Source: Octopus vulgaris (Eukaryota). From it: a stretch of 64,000 bases of DNA. The position numbers and the translations under genes are program-made. The notes beneath the pieces were generated by a model that saw only the letters and a program-made list of their open reading frames with translations, was not told the DNA's origin and did not search any database. Positions 16,754-29,821 of this stretch are shown piece by piece. Within the stretch, counting starts at the first letter, position 1; each line of letters starts with the position of its first letter. The stretch is taken from contig OX597818.1 of NCBI GenBank assembly GCA_951406725.2, positions 145,886,001 through 145,950,000 of the forward strand, given 5' to 3'.

Positions 16754-17450
16754 ACACACACACACACACATACACACACAAGTAATATTTATATCTATCT
16801 GTCCGTTTGTCTGTCTGTTTTTGTCTGTATGCATGTTTGTGTATTTATGTATAAAAGTTGCAAAAATGAAGCCAAACCAAATAGGGATGTTTTGAAGTCA
16901 TTTAGTACGTATGTATCAGGTTTGCATAATGTATATAAGAAATGCATCCATTATGTAAACCTTCTTCAGTTATAGCGTTTCAAAATTTGAAGGAATTGAT
17001 GAAAATATTTCAATATATATGGCTACTAAGTCAGGAAGATGGATATGTATAAAGATGGGGAGAAAGAAGCAGGGTAGGAGGAGACAGGGAGAAAGAGAGG
17101 AAAAGGGAGAAAAAAGAAGAGAAAGATATCTAAAGAGAGAGATTGGGGAAGAAATGAATATATATTTATGCATATATATCAGTATATATATATATATATA
17201 TAATTATATATATAATTTTGGTGATTTAAATAAAAGTTTTGACTGTTATTTCCAGCAGCTAGACATACTTAGTATGTCCTTTGATTAATTTTAATCCTTC
17301 AGCTATTTAATGCTTTTTAGGGGCCTGTAATCGTCTATATTATTGATTCTGTCATAATCCTTTTTAAATTGTTACACTAGATAATAACAGAGTCAATGGT
17401 GTCTTTGCAAATTATTTTTTCGTGAATTATTTTTCTCATGAATTATTTGC

Positions 17451-17497
<47 letters not shown>

Positions 17498-17744
17498 TTC
17501 ATTTGTGGATTAACAAGGCTACCATTGGTTTCACATCAAGAATTCTCAGCAATTATCAAGCCTGCCACAGGGATTGTATATTCGTCCAAGATGGCAACAA
17601 GTGTCAATATCCCATATGGCAGTCTTGATTACTGCTGAGAATCTTTTACTGCATGAAACTAATGGTAGCGTTGTCAACACACCAATAAAGAATATTCACC
17701 AAAGGCACTATAGAGCACTCATTCTCACTGTTTGACATTAGTAA

Positions 17745-17775
<31 letters not shown>

Positions 17776-17813
17776 TGTATGCATGAATGTATGTATGTAT
17801 ATGTATGTATGTA

Positions 17814-17857
<44 letters not shown>

Positions 17858-17896
17858 CATATGTATGTGTGTGTGTGTGCGTGTGTGTGTGTGTGT

Positions 17897-18123
17897 TGTT
17901 GTATTTCGGGATGGTCATTTTTTTTCGCCAAATAAATACACAAGCAGAACAAGAGCACACATAAAGATGGAAAGAGTCACTGAGGAGGTCACAAATGTGT
18001 GATGAAAGATTTGTGAATAATGGACATGAGTTAGAATAAGAAGAGTAATAAACAAATAAATAATGAATATAAAGTGCATGTGTTTATTTGGCAAAAAAAA
18101 AATGACCATCCCTAAATACAACA
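17897..18123. repeat. Fold-back element, ~50-bp arms
   Basis: tgttgtatttcgggatggtcattttttttcgccaaataaa versus tttatttggcaaaaaaaaaatgaccatccctaaatacaaca. A related arm occurs at 6035-6080. Confidence 0.85.
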
Positions 18124-18226
18124 TCTGTTTCAACACATGACTTCACATTAGGAACCTTGCAACACATATAAAATTAACATGAACAGCAGGCTGCAATGTT
18201 TCATAAAAAAAGGAGAATTATTAATT

Positions 18227-18371
18227 GTCACTAAATGTGACTAAGGTGTTAAAAAACACCTATATTATAAGATCTAAAATGTTCATGTCCGTTAACTACA
18301 GCACTATGGCATTTTTGTTCTTATTTCTAGCAATGCAGGTGTGTTTTAACACCCTAGTCACATTTAGTGAC
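18227..18371. repeat. Fold-back element, ~35-bp arms
   Basis: gtcactaaatgtgactaaggtgttaaaa versus ttttaacaccctagtcacatttagtgac. Part of the spacer and arm is repeated at 18600-18655. Confidence 0.85.
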
Positions 18372-19319
18372 CATTATAATATGCTGTTCATATTAATTCT
18401 CTGTATACACATTGGTGAATCGCTAAATCATCCATTAATTTGGATGATGAAAACATATATACTCATAGAGAAACGGGTCCGGAAATGGCTGAACGCTGAG
18501 CTGGCTTAATTGATGGTGGCAATGGAAATTGCTGATACTGATGTCAGTCTTAAGAATCCTTGATCAGCATTTTTTGGACAATTATGGTCCCTGTAATGCG
18601 TTAACTACAGCATTAGAGCATTTTAGCTCTTATTTCTAGCAATGTAGTTGTCTTTTGACATACATACACAGATCCACACACTCTCGCATGCACACTTACA
18701 TACTTACACAAATACATGCACCCATTCCCATACATACATAAATACATACAAACATATACATAAGTATATATAAATGTTTGCCTTTGTGAATGCATTCATA
18801 TATGTGTATGCATTTATACACAAGCAGCAATTTCACTAAGGAAGCTTCTGGGAAAGCTGGCATGAAACTTTTGGTTTTACGATCTATAGTTACACTAAAA
18901 CTATATCAAGCATCAAACTGGCTGCCACTTCCTCATTCCAAAGATTCAACTCTCCCCATGAAAATATAGGATCAAATACTACAACAGCTTAGGGCTAAAG
19001 GCTCACATCTTTTCAATAGCTCGTCAAAAGAACATGAGAAGTCTGCCTCAAGTCTACTTAGATGTGTAGAGGAAACCCCTTTTACCTGTGGTCCAAGATG
19101 AGCCATGAGTTCAGTATAAAGCACAAATAAAGGCAACTGTATGATACTCCTTTTTTCACCTAAAACAACAACTACAGAAAGAGGACTATAGAAACAGTGG
19201 CAACAGATGTGGATGGCAAGGCCACAACTCCCGTACACACATACACACCCTTATACTCACACATACACACAGACATACACATCCATAGAGCAAGGCAGAC
19301 AGAGGTCTTCATCGTTGTC

Positions 19320-19760
19320 GTCATCATCATCATCATTATTATCATCATCATCATTTGATATCTGTATTCTATGCTGGCATGGCTTAAACAGCTCAACAGA
19401 ATCCAATAAGCAAGAGGACTGCTTTGGCAAGGTTTCTATAGCTGGATACCCTTTCTAATGCTGACCACTTAACATAGTGTACCAGGTGCTTTCTTGTGGC
19501 ACCAGCGCCAGTGAGGTTACCAAGTGACTTGCAACACAAGACTCTTTAATGCAGTAGGAGTGCAGGATTGAGAAAGATGGCTTTGTGCCAGGTGTTGGGA
19601 AGCTGAAGCATAATAAATGTACAGAGACAGATGTCATGGCTACATCAGCAGGAAATGAAGGAAGGGAGGTGAAAATGAGGTGCCAGGGCAGACCCTCAAG
19701 CCACCAGAACGTGGATAAAGAGAGAGTAAGGAAAGAGAATTCAGGATGACTAGATAAGTT
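19320..19760 (-). mobile_element. Family-2-like (GAT)n tail plus purine-rich extension (possible LINE 3'UTR)
   Basis: (CAT)n-atgctggcatggc...ggtttctatagctggata, then a purine-rich tract. Same architecture as 21770-22560, 34510-34810 and 53060-53960. Confidence 0.5.
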
Positions 19761-19803
19761 GGTTGGTGGGTTAGCAAGAAGGCAGGTTTACATGATATAA
19801 ATA

Positions 19804-20223
19804 GGTGCAGGCATGGCTATGTGGTAAGGAGCTTGCTTCCCAACCACATGATTCTGGGTTCAGCCCCACTGTGTGACACCTTGGGTATATGTCTTCTATT
19901 ATAGTCTCAGGCCAATCAAAGCTTTGTGAGTAGATTTGGTTGACAGAAACTGAAAGAAGCCCATCATATATGTGTATGTGTGTGTGTGATTGTGTGTGCA
20001 TGTGTGTGTCTGTGTCTTTATATATGTTTTGTCCCCCACCATCCCTTGATAACTGGCGTTGTTATGTTTACATCCCCATAACCTAGCAGTTCAGCAAGAG
20101 ACCGATAGAATAAGTACCAGGTTTAGCAAAAACAAAAGTACTGAGGTCGATTCATTTGACTAAATATTCTTCAAGACGGTGCCCCAGCATGGCCGCAGTC
20201 TCATGATTGAAACAAGTAAAGAA
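19804..20223 (+). mobile_element. tRNA-derived SINE, family 1
   Basis: TGGCTATGTGG and GGTTCAGCCC boxes; tail cggtgccccagcatggccgcagtctcatgattgaaacaagtaaa. Confidence 0.9.
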
Positions 20224-21769
20224 TATATATATATATAGTAGTAATCTATGTGATGTGTGAGTATGGTATAATATGTTTGCAAGTGAGAAATTTATATCCA
20301 ATGAGAATATATATCCAATAACACAGCAGCTATGCTATCCTTGTGACATACCATGTTAAAGAAAGAAACTTCCCTTTAGCAGTTATTAGACATGGCTGGC
20401 TAGATGGATGGATGGATGGATGGATGGATAGATGGTGGGATCGCTGGTTGTACTACCTGGTTGGCTGGCTGGTTGGCTGGCTGGCTGGCTGGCTGATACG
20501 ACTATTCTATTCACAAGCATTTCTTACAGCCTCTATCATATTCTTTGCAAATTCACATTCGAAATGCATTCTTTGTCCAGATTGTGTAACATTTATGTAT
20601 ATGTGTGTTATTTGTTTCTTTCCCTTTTGTTTTTCTATTTTGTTTTTTTGTTTGCCTGTTTTTCATAATGAATTTACCGTTTTCTGTAATTTTTTTTTCC
20701 TGTAAATGTTTCATTTAATTAATTTTACATTTAAAAAATATTTAATCAGTTTCATTAACATTCTTTTGCAATTACATTCATATATAATCAATAACATATA
20801 CAATACTAGATCAACAAAATTGTCTCATCATCATCATCATCTGAATGCGAGTTCTCACCTATTTCATCTTACAACAAATGCTATAACAATAGCCATCATT
20901 ACCATTATCACCAGCGACCCCGCCACCGCCATCATCGTCGTTGTCATCGTCATCATCATATTTATATTCACCATTGTCATTGACATTGTTGTTGTCATCG
21001 TCGTCATCATCATCGTCATCATCGCCATTGTCATCATCATCATCCTCATCATCATCATCGAGTTGTGAGTAATGTTTCATTAATGCAATCACAATTATTT
21101 TCATAGTTTACGGTTGGTTCGATGGTATTTTTATTTGCTGTTGGTTTTGTTATTGTTGCCAAGAAACTTTGAACAGCACAGAAAAGTAACGTAGTAGCCT
21201 TCATGTGGCATTCCTATCTTTAGCCACATGGTCTCTATTTCGGGGCATGCTAACCAGAAATTTAGCATTTAAAACATATGATTGCCATTTTAAAGATGTG
21301 AAAGATGTTTGATGAGCTTTTAGTAACAAGATTTATTAGGTTTTGCAACCTCAGAGAAGCTCTCTTCTTACATCAATTTGTTTGATGTGACAATTATATT
21401 GATAGTTGCCTACTCCAAAACTATGTTCATTTATTTAGAATAGACATTAGCTATAATTGCTAGAAATCAATAGCACAGTATGTCATTCTTAATGAAGATT
21501 ATTCTCGATTATGATGGTGGTGGTGGCGGTGGTGGTGGCGGTGTTGGTGGTGGCTTGTGGTAAAGACAATAACAGTGTTGATGATGATAATGGTCATAAT
21601 GATGATGATGATGGTGGGAATGTGGTTTGATGATGATACAGTGACAGTGATTGATCTGATAGGGATGACAATGTAATTATAGCCAAAGTGACAATAATAT
21701 TAATGACAATGTTGCTAAACACCATCATCATTGTCATCATCCTTATCATGATCATCATCACCATGGTCA

Positions 21770-22560
21770 TCATCATCATCAACATCATTTAATGTCCATG
21801 TTCCATGCTGGCATGGGTTGGACGATTTGATAGGCTCTAACAGGTCTGAGGACTGCACCAGGCTCCATTCATCTATTTTGGCATGGTTTCTATGGCTGGA
21901 TGTCCTTCCTAATGCCAACCACTTTATAGTGTATATTGGATGCTTTTATGTGAGACCAGCACTAATGCAGTCACTATGTAGTTTGCAAGATTAGGAACCT
22001 CTTTGACTGAGTGGGGGGGGTTACAGAAGAGAAGAGGTGGGGGAGTGACTTTATGCAATGGGATGAGAGGGTAAAGTGAGAGAGAAAGGACCAAAACAGA
22101 GCAAGTTTCTTGCTGTGGAGTCACATGGTTACTCACATTATAGAACAGAAGGTGGGAGTGGCCAAGATGGAGCTGGGAAAATATAAAATAATGGTGATTT
22201 GGTGGCAGGCTGGACCCTTAAGATAGTAGGGGATCGGAAGTGAATGGGGACAGGGAAACAGAAAGTGTGGGTGGGTAGAGATTGCAAGAGATATGAGAGA
22301 GTGAGAGATGGTTAGAGATAGAAAATGGTTGAGGCAGTAAATATAATGAAGAACTAATTTTGAAGGATGATAAGTAGAGGAAATAGGAAAGGGGGAAGAG
22401 TAGGGGACAACTGCAGAGATTGAGTAGGGCTGAGGGATGACTAATGATATTTGGGCTGGGGTTAGGAATAGGGAAAAGGGTATGAATAACAATGCAGAAA
22501 AGGGGGTGAGGTGGAGAGGTGATGACCATTCATAAATTATCACACCCTGCCGTGACAATG
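21770..22560 (-). mobile_element. Family-2-like tail plus long purine-rich extension
   Basis: (CAT)n-ttaatgtccatgttccatgctggcatgggttggacg...ggatgtccttcctaatgccaaccac, then ~550 bp of G/A-rich sequence. Confidence 0.55.
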
Positions 22561-23079
22561 TGTGGTAACATGTCAATACGCACATTTTGCATGCATAGAT
22601 ATGCACATGTAAGCTTTATACATGCACACGTTTGCATGTGTATTTGAAATCAATAATGCTATGCCTAAATCAAAAGAAAGTATGTATTACATACCAAAAG
22701 AAGGATGATGAAAATGATGATGATGATGATGATGATGGTGATGGTGATGGTGGTGGTGGTGGTGGTGGTGGTGTGATGATGATGATGATGATGATGATGC
22801 AGCATTCTAACATTGGCACAATAAATGTTAATATCTGCATAATTTATAAACATATTCCCCTAAATCTATAAAATAACATTGAATCTGCTCTTTCATTGTA
22901 CAAAACAAACAAATAATATAAACCAGGAAAAAAAATTGAAATACCATTTAGATATATATGTGAAACTAATATTATGTTTCTGTATGGTTTTCTGTGTAAG
23001 TCAGGGTCATTCTAGCAGCATTATAAGTTCCTGGGCAAATCAGGGAACTGAGCCCTATAGTATTTACCTATTGGTTTCA

Positions 23080-23270
23080 TATTTTGGCACAAGGCCAGCA
23101 GTTTCAGGGAAGGGGGCTAATTTGATTTCATTAACCCCAGTGCTCAAGTGGTGCTTATTTTACTGACCCCTAAATGATGAAAGTCAAAATCAACCTTGGT
23201 GATATTTGACCCCAGAATGTAAAGACAGATGAAATACTTTTAAGCATTTTGCCCAGCATGCTAATGATTT
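23080..23270 (-). mobile_element. SINE family 3 (Nin-domain-like), degenerate
   Basis: tgacccctaaatgatgaaagtcaaaatcaaccttgg...gcattttgcccagcatgctaatgat, matching 32062-32290 and 32665-32880. Confidence 0.7.
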
Positions 23271-23490
23271 ACCTTATAGTATTTACTTGTTGACAGCAAG
23301 CCACAGCATATATAGATTTGAATTGGGTCCGTAAACCCATGGGACCCCAGAACAACTGCCTAGTGTTCCCATGCCTAAAGAATACACTAGTATGAATATG
23401 TGTTTAGTGCTTCAGGATGGTCCTATAAATTCTAACTTTGGTAATACCTGAGTAAATGTTTGCCTATGAAATGATAAATAAAATGATGCT

Positions 23491-23720
23491 TTAACCCTTT
23501 CAATACCAACCCGGCTGAAACTGGCTCTGGCTCTGAGTACAAATGTCTTTTGTTTTCATAAGTTTTTAATTAAAATCTTCCTCCAAACCTTAGTCACAAT
23601 TTATGTTCCTAACACTAGCTGAATGATAACTAAGTTATTTTACTAAATTCCTTGTTATATTTAAAGTAATTGAAAGAAACACAGAACATCTCAAAATAAA
23701 TACAGTAACGAAAGGGTTAA
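23491..23720. mobile_element. piggyBac-like MITE
   Basis: TTAA-ccctttc...gaaaggg-TTAA, with the TTAA target duplication intact at both ends. Confidence 0.8.
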
Positions 23721-23868
23721 TGTTTCTTGCCATAGGTGTCTAAAGTAGAGCATGTTACTGATAGATTTAGAATCTGAAACACATGGTGCTTCTTCTTTAG
23801 TATAGTGAGTTTGTTATAACAGATTTGTCTGCTATAGGGAGTAGATCAGGAAACTATATAAGGACTTC

Positions 23869-23929
<61 letters not shown>

Positions 23930-23930
<1 letters not shown>

Positions 23931-24480
23931 TTGTGTCTGTATTTGTATTTGTCTGTCCCACTCCCATTGTTTGACAACTGGTGCTAGTGTGTTTCCATCC
24001 CTGCAACTTAACAGTTCAGCAAATGGGAGTGTTAGAATAAGTAAAAAAAAAACGATAAACGTCGCCCTTTTCAAGCCTAGCCAGGCTCATGGGCCCAGTT
24101 TCCCGGTTTCTGTGGTGTATGTGTTCCCCCCATCTGGACAGGATGCCAGTCCATCGCAGCGTTACTCAAGAAACAGGAAGAGAGAGTGAGAGAAAGTTGT
24201 AGCGAAAGAGTACAACAGGGGTCACCACCACCCCCTGCTGGAGCCTCGTGGAGCTTTTAGGTGTTTTCGCTCAATAAATGCACACAATGCCTGGTCTGGG
24301 AATCGAAACCGCGATCCTCTGACCGCGAGTCTGCTACCCTAACCACTGGGCCATTGCACCTCCATGTTAGAATAAGTACCAAGCCTTAAAAAGGAGTACT
24401 GGGGTTGATTCATTTGACTACACAAAAATATTTCAAGCAGTGCTCCAGCATGATGACAGTCAAGTAAAAGATAAAAGATA
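23930..24480 (+). mobile_element. SINE family 1 3' half, split by a family-4 insertion
   Basis: tttgacaactggtgctagtgtgttt...tgttagaataagta | insertion | tgttagaataagtacc...gtgctccagcatg. Confidence 0.75.
24044..24364 (-). mobile_element. tRNA-derived SINE family 4, full length, with 14-bp TSD
   Basis: Minus strand reads ggaggtgcaaTGGCCCAGTGGttagggtagcag...GTTTCGATTCccag, with central ctgcgatggactggcatcctgtccag. TSD tgttagaataagta at 24030-24043 and 24365-24378. Confidence 0.9.
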
Positions 24481-24918
24481 CAAGACCAGAGAAGTGATGC
24501 ACTGGTTTCAGAGAAAACTTTGAAACTTTGTCATTGAGCGATGATCAGCCAAGAAGTTCTTTTGTCTTAGAGGAAGATTTAAGTGCTGTATTGCAAGCTC
24601 ATGAATTATGCATTGTCTTTCTTTCACTAATAATGGTATCAGTACTTTCTTGTGGTACCAAATTATAACTAGATAAAGTGTGCTATTGATAGCTAAGTCT
24701 CTTTCCCAAGAAGAGAGAGAGAGAGAGGGCAGCACCGTAAATGGAATTGAACCTTATAATCTTTCAACCAGAAGTCTGGCATTCCGTCAACATGTCCAGC
24801 AGAATCTCTCACTTGAGCTGCTTTATATATTAACAATAGTACTGTTTTATGTATCTGAATATATAGGTGTGCATACACACACACACATATATGTGTATAT
24901 ATGTGTGTGTGTGTGTAG

Positions 24919-24949
<31 letters not shown>

Positions 24950-24983
24950 TATATGTATGAATGTGTGTTTGTATGAATAAATG

Positions 24984-25016
<33 letters not shown>

Positions 25017-25019
<3 letters not shown>

Positions 25020-25846
25020 CAGTGAATGAATTGTCACCTAAATTACGCAGAAAAGAAAATAACACTGACATCTCATGTTAACAGGTATATTTACCAAAAT
25101 TACATAAAAATATCTTGAAATACTAAAGAGCAAATGTATTCAATAAAATCACCACTGGCTTCAATCATGGCCTCCAGATGACTTGGGAATCTCCTGCAAC
25201 TCTTCTGGATGGTCTCCTTGTTTAAGTTGGTGAATGCTGCCACAAGCCTTGCCTTCAAGACATTTTGGTGTTACTGGGAATTTTGTTAGTCTCTCACTCA
25301 ACTGCACCCCACACATAATAATCAAGAGGGTTGCAGTCTGGGGAGTTAGTTGGCTAAATATTAGGGGTGATGTGGTCACAGAAATTGTCTGACAGCCATG
25401 ACTGGGTTCTCCTGCTTGTGTGCAGAGTCCTCTTGCCAGACAGTCTTCTAGAAGCCACCCTCTTGACCCAGGGTAGAACTACCTCCTCCAGGCACTTAAT
25501 GTAAGCATCTGTGTTGAATCTGAGGCTGTGTGGGAAGATGAATGGAGGCATAGCGTTGCCATCACTAGCGATCACCCCAAACATCATGCTGGATGTTTGA
25601 TTGTTATCACTCTCAGTACATGTTTTGGGGACTCGGATTGATACCCATCACTCTGAAATGTTTGTATTGGAGCTTCCAGTGTGAATGCCAAGCAGTACAT
25701 TAGTCATTTCTCACAGAAATGACATGTTTTTCTCACAGAGGGTACTCAACTGACCATACTGTGTAGTCAACAAAATCAAGAACAATGTGTGTGTGAAAAA
25801 TTAAAAATATGAAATGGCAACAATTTACCCATTGCACCCTGTATAT
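25017..25846 (-). mobile_element. Tc1/mariner-superfamily transposon relic (likely DD37D/maT type)
   Basis: MMFGVIASDGNAMPPFIFP...YIKCLEEVVLPWV; HTSRRTQSWLSDNF; NSPDCNPLDYYVWGAVE. Ends in ...cccattgcaccctg-TA. Confidence 0.85.
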
Positions 25847-26236
25847 ATATGTGTGTATGTATGTATGTGTGTGTGTGTGTGCGTGTGTGTGTGTATGTAT
25901 ATATTGTGAAGCATATATAAATAATTATTGCAAATACCATACAATTGTTGCTAATAACAATATAAAATTTTGATTTTATTCCAATTAATACCACTCCTTT
26001 TGCCATGCAGTATAATCATTTTCAAAAAAGTAAAATGTTTTTGATATGACATCATTAATTTATGATACTATATCATGTTTTTACCATGTCATATAGTCTT
26101 TTTCCCCGTATGGTAATATCACTTTTCCAAGGGGTATTGTTATTTCCACTTAGTACCATCCTTTACTTAATGATATCCATTCTTTTAGGGTTCCTTCTTT
26201 AAAATATGATATTAAATTAGTACAAGGTGAAAAGAG

Positions 26237-26368
26237 GGAAAAGGTCCTGTGATTACACCTAGAAAATTCCCTTCTGAGGCACAAGTCTGGGCAAGTTTGT
26301 TTTATGGAAGACCAGCAGTTACCAACCTCTCCTCTCTGTGTTACTGATGTCATCTAAGGAAAAGAAGG
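26237..26368 (-). mobile_element. 3' tail shared with the SINE at 27644-27958
   Basis: tgtgattacacctagaaaattcccttctgaggcacaagtctgggcaag matches 27672-27720. Confidence 0.75.
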
Positions 26369-27300
26369 GTGTGTGATAGGGTGGGTGGTGAAATAAGTGA
26401 GTGGTTTGATGTGAAGGTGGGGTTAAGACAGGGTTGTGTGATGTCTCCGTGGCTGTTTGAGTCATATTTGGATGGTGTGGTGAGAAAGGTAAATGCTAGA
26501 ACCCTTGGTAGGGGAGCTCAAATGGTGGGAGAAAACGGAGAGAAATGGCAGGTGAGTTGGTTGTCGTTTGCTGATGATTCAGCATTGGGGGTGGATTCGG
26601 AAGAACAACTGGTAGGGTTTGGAAGAGTGGGTGAGGGGAGGAAACTGAAAGTGAAAGTAGCTAAGAATAAGGGGATGAGATACTCGAGAGATGGAAGGGC
26701 TGGGGATGGGGATGGATGTGAGCATAAATGGTGAGATGTTAGAGATGGATGGATGGGGGTTTGCTGAGGAGGCGGGATACAGAGTAAGGGAGGAGAGTAA
26801 GATACTTAGAGTTGTCAATTTATATATACTGAGAGATAAACAGTTGAGTATGAAAGTGAAAAGAGGTGTGCATGAGGGCGTGATTGTACGGACAATGTTA
26901 TATGGTGCAGAGACGTGGGGGATGAGAGAGGAGGAAAGGAGGCAACTGGATGTGTTTGAGATGAGATGACTGACGGCTATGGTTGGTGAGACACGGATGG
27001 ACAGGATGAGGAATGAGGTGGTGCAAAAGCAAGCAGGAATGAAAGAAAAACTAACAACCAAAGTGGATAGACGAATGTTGAGGTGGTTTGGCCACATGGA
27101 GAGGATGGATGAGGAGCAGATGGTAAGGAGGCTGATGAAGGCAGAAGTGGTGGGCAGCGGAACCATAGGCAGACCTTGGTTTGTGTGGATGGATGGATGG
27201 ATGGAGGAAAGCTTTGGTGGTCAGAGGTGTTGGAGTGAGGGAGGCAAGAGAGTTTATAAATGATAGGAAAGCTTGGAGAGTGTTTGTGGATGGATGAGTG
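26369..27300 (+). mobile_element. RTE-clade LINE RT fragment
   Basis: SEWFDVKVGLRQGCVMSPWLF...FADDSAL; TMLYGAETW...LDVFEMR; MLRWFGHMERM...GRP. Frameshifted. Confidence 0.92.
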
Positions 27301-27643
27301 AATTTTGATGTTGCTGAAAGAGGTACAAAACTAACATAATGCAGCAGGGGTAAACCAGCATATACTGTCGGGCCCCGCAGCTGATATTGGGGTTGTATTC
27401 TATGCCTTGACCCAAGCATAAAATTGGGCTTGCCCCTTTGCACTGGAAAATGAATGGAATGCCTAGTGTGTATCTTGCTGTGACTACTCCCTGTTCTTTA
27501 CCATCCAACATCATTGTTCTTTTGCTATTCTATATTGACTATCTTCAATGTGGTATCATTCTTGACTTCACATGTTATTTTTCATGCTTGACAAATATAC
27601 AATTAGTAGTGAAAAACACAAAATTAGTACAAGGTGAAAAGAG

Positions 27644-27958
27644 TAAAGGGCCTCTTTGATCATAAATGACCATGTGATTAGACCCAGAAAATTCCCTTCT
27701 GAATCACAAGTCTGGGCAAGGTTGTTTATGGAGGACCTGCAGTTGCCCATGCACACCAATCTCTCATTTCTGTGTCACTAATGTTATCCAAGGGAAAGGC
27801 AAAGGCCAATACAGCTTGGCACCATTTCTACAACTGAGAGAACTTGAGCAACATGAAATAAAGTGTCTTGCTCAAGAACACAACACACAGACCAGTTTAT
27901 GAAATCAAACTCACTACTTCATGATTGTGAACCCAACACTCTAAACTCTCAGCCATCA
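27644..27958 (-). mobile_element. tRNA-derived SINE family 6 (degenerate)
   Basis: Minus strand: atggctgagagtttagagtgttgggttcacaatcatgaagtagtgagtttgatttc head, then tcttgagcaagacactttatttcatgttgctcaagttctctcagttgtagaaatg core. Confidence 0.7.
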
Positions 27959-29821
27959 ACTGCTAACAAAAATTAATATCTTCAGTACATCCCAAACTAT
28001 ATTTCAGATTTACGTAACATTGTCCGAAGTGCAACATTAGTTCTTTATATTTGTTTAATGACCTATGCCATGCTGCATAACAAAGAGAGAACAAAGACTT
28101 TGAAAGGAGAGTGCAAAAAAAAAAGAAAGTTAATACATGAGAAAGAGATAGAGAGAAAGAGAATAAGTGAGTGAAAGGGATTAAAACATGTTTCACTTTC
28201 AATTTGCATTATGAGAATTGTTTTTACATGAGCAGTACACTGAGTGTATTAAGAAATTTTAATAACTACATTGTAAAATTCTGTGGGAAAATATTAAAGA
28301 GTCCAAGTCTCATTGACATTTGATAAAATTTCAACACATCGAGTGAAAATTATGATTTTAAAAAATATGAAATTAAATATTATATTGTAATATATATTGT
28401 AATATATTACAGCTTGGCACCATTTCTACAACTGAGTGAACTTGAGCAACATGAAATAAAGTCTCAAAATAAATGTCTCAAAATATTGTAGAATGACTAA
28501 ACTTTCAAGTAAGAAGTAGTTGGTTGGTCTATCATTGTTTCTTAGTTTCTGTTCTTTAATCATAACAGAAGAGATTTTAACCAATTGTTTATTCACCAAG
28601 TATCAGTGTGTCTGATTCATTCATATTTTGTATGTTACGTCATATATGTCTAAGAAGAGAAAAACAACTATAATCGTATAATCGTAACAATTATTCTTGA
28701 AAGATGAGCAAAAGATTATATATATATATATATATATAATTAGGGTTCAGCAAAAGAAAAATTTGCTTTACCACACACCGAACTTTTAGAAATAGCATAT
28801 ATACATGTGTGTGTGTGTCTGTGTGTACACATGTGTTTATGACTGTCTTGCAATGTAAAAGATCAACCCAAACTAAAGACTAAATTGGAACTGTATAAAA
28901 TCTGTAGCCTAGTTCAAGCTGCTGTTTTTTTTTATCTCTACTACCATGCATTATTATAGTTCATGATGAGGGTTATGAATGCAGTTTCTCTCTCAGTTGG
29001 TTGTATAAAGAATCTGTCTTCTCTTAGAAACACTAGCACTAGCAAAATTGAATTCTGGTGTCATGCTTACAAAATATTTTTAGAACCCATCTCTTGTCGA
29101 AGTCACACCCTATGATACTTTCTACATTTATGAATTAGCTGATTTGTATGAAATGGCATTTTATGTAGATATATTCCTTTTTGCCTGCCTATTTGAAATT
29201 TAGTCTCCTTATCTTACCTTTATTAAACACTCATGTCACCCCTAAAATAAACAAAACTGAAAATGCATTCACTTGGTAAAATATAATACAAAAAAGATTT
29301 AAGGATGAGTTTTACCTTCTTGATTCAAGTAAAGCATATAATATGAAATGAAGGCTGTTCAAGGAATTATGTGTATGAAGTAAGTTGAAGAGAGGTTTCA
29401 TTTACTGCTTAATTATGATTTGCTAGTGACACAGAGACAAGAGTTATCAAAAACTGAAGCAAACGTGTGAGGAGTGGAATTTTCTTTAATTAGTGATGTT
29501 GCATTTGGGAGAGATTAGCAGTTATTTATTTTATATATATATGTGTGTGTGTATGAACACATACATATACACAAACACATAAAAACACACATGTATATAT
29601 GCACAAACACACATACATATACACAGAGACATCTAAGAGTTTACAAGTCAGAAAAAAACAGGCACTCATATATTTGTCAATACAGTGGGTATATTAATAC
29701 TTACCCTATATGTATTATATATATATATAATAGGGAGTTTAACTCCAAACTTACAGGGAAAAGTTCAATTTAGTATTAAATCAAATTTCACAATATAGAT
29801 ATAGATATATATAAATTAGAT

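Noticed and set aside
28409-28462. ~55-bp copy of 27810-27865
   Set aside because: Small local duplication or SINE fragment, with no further structure.
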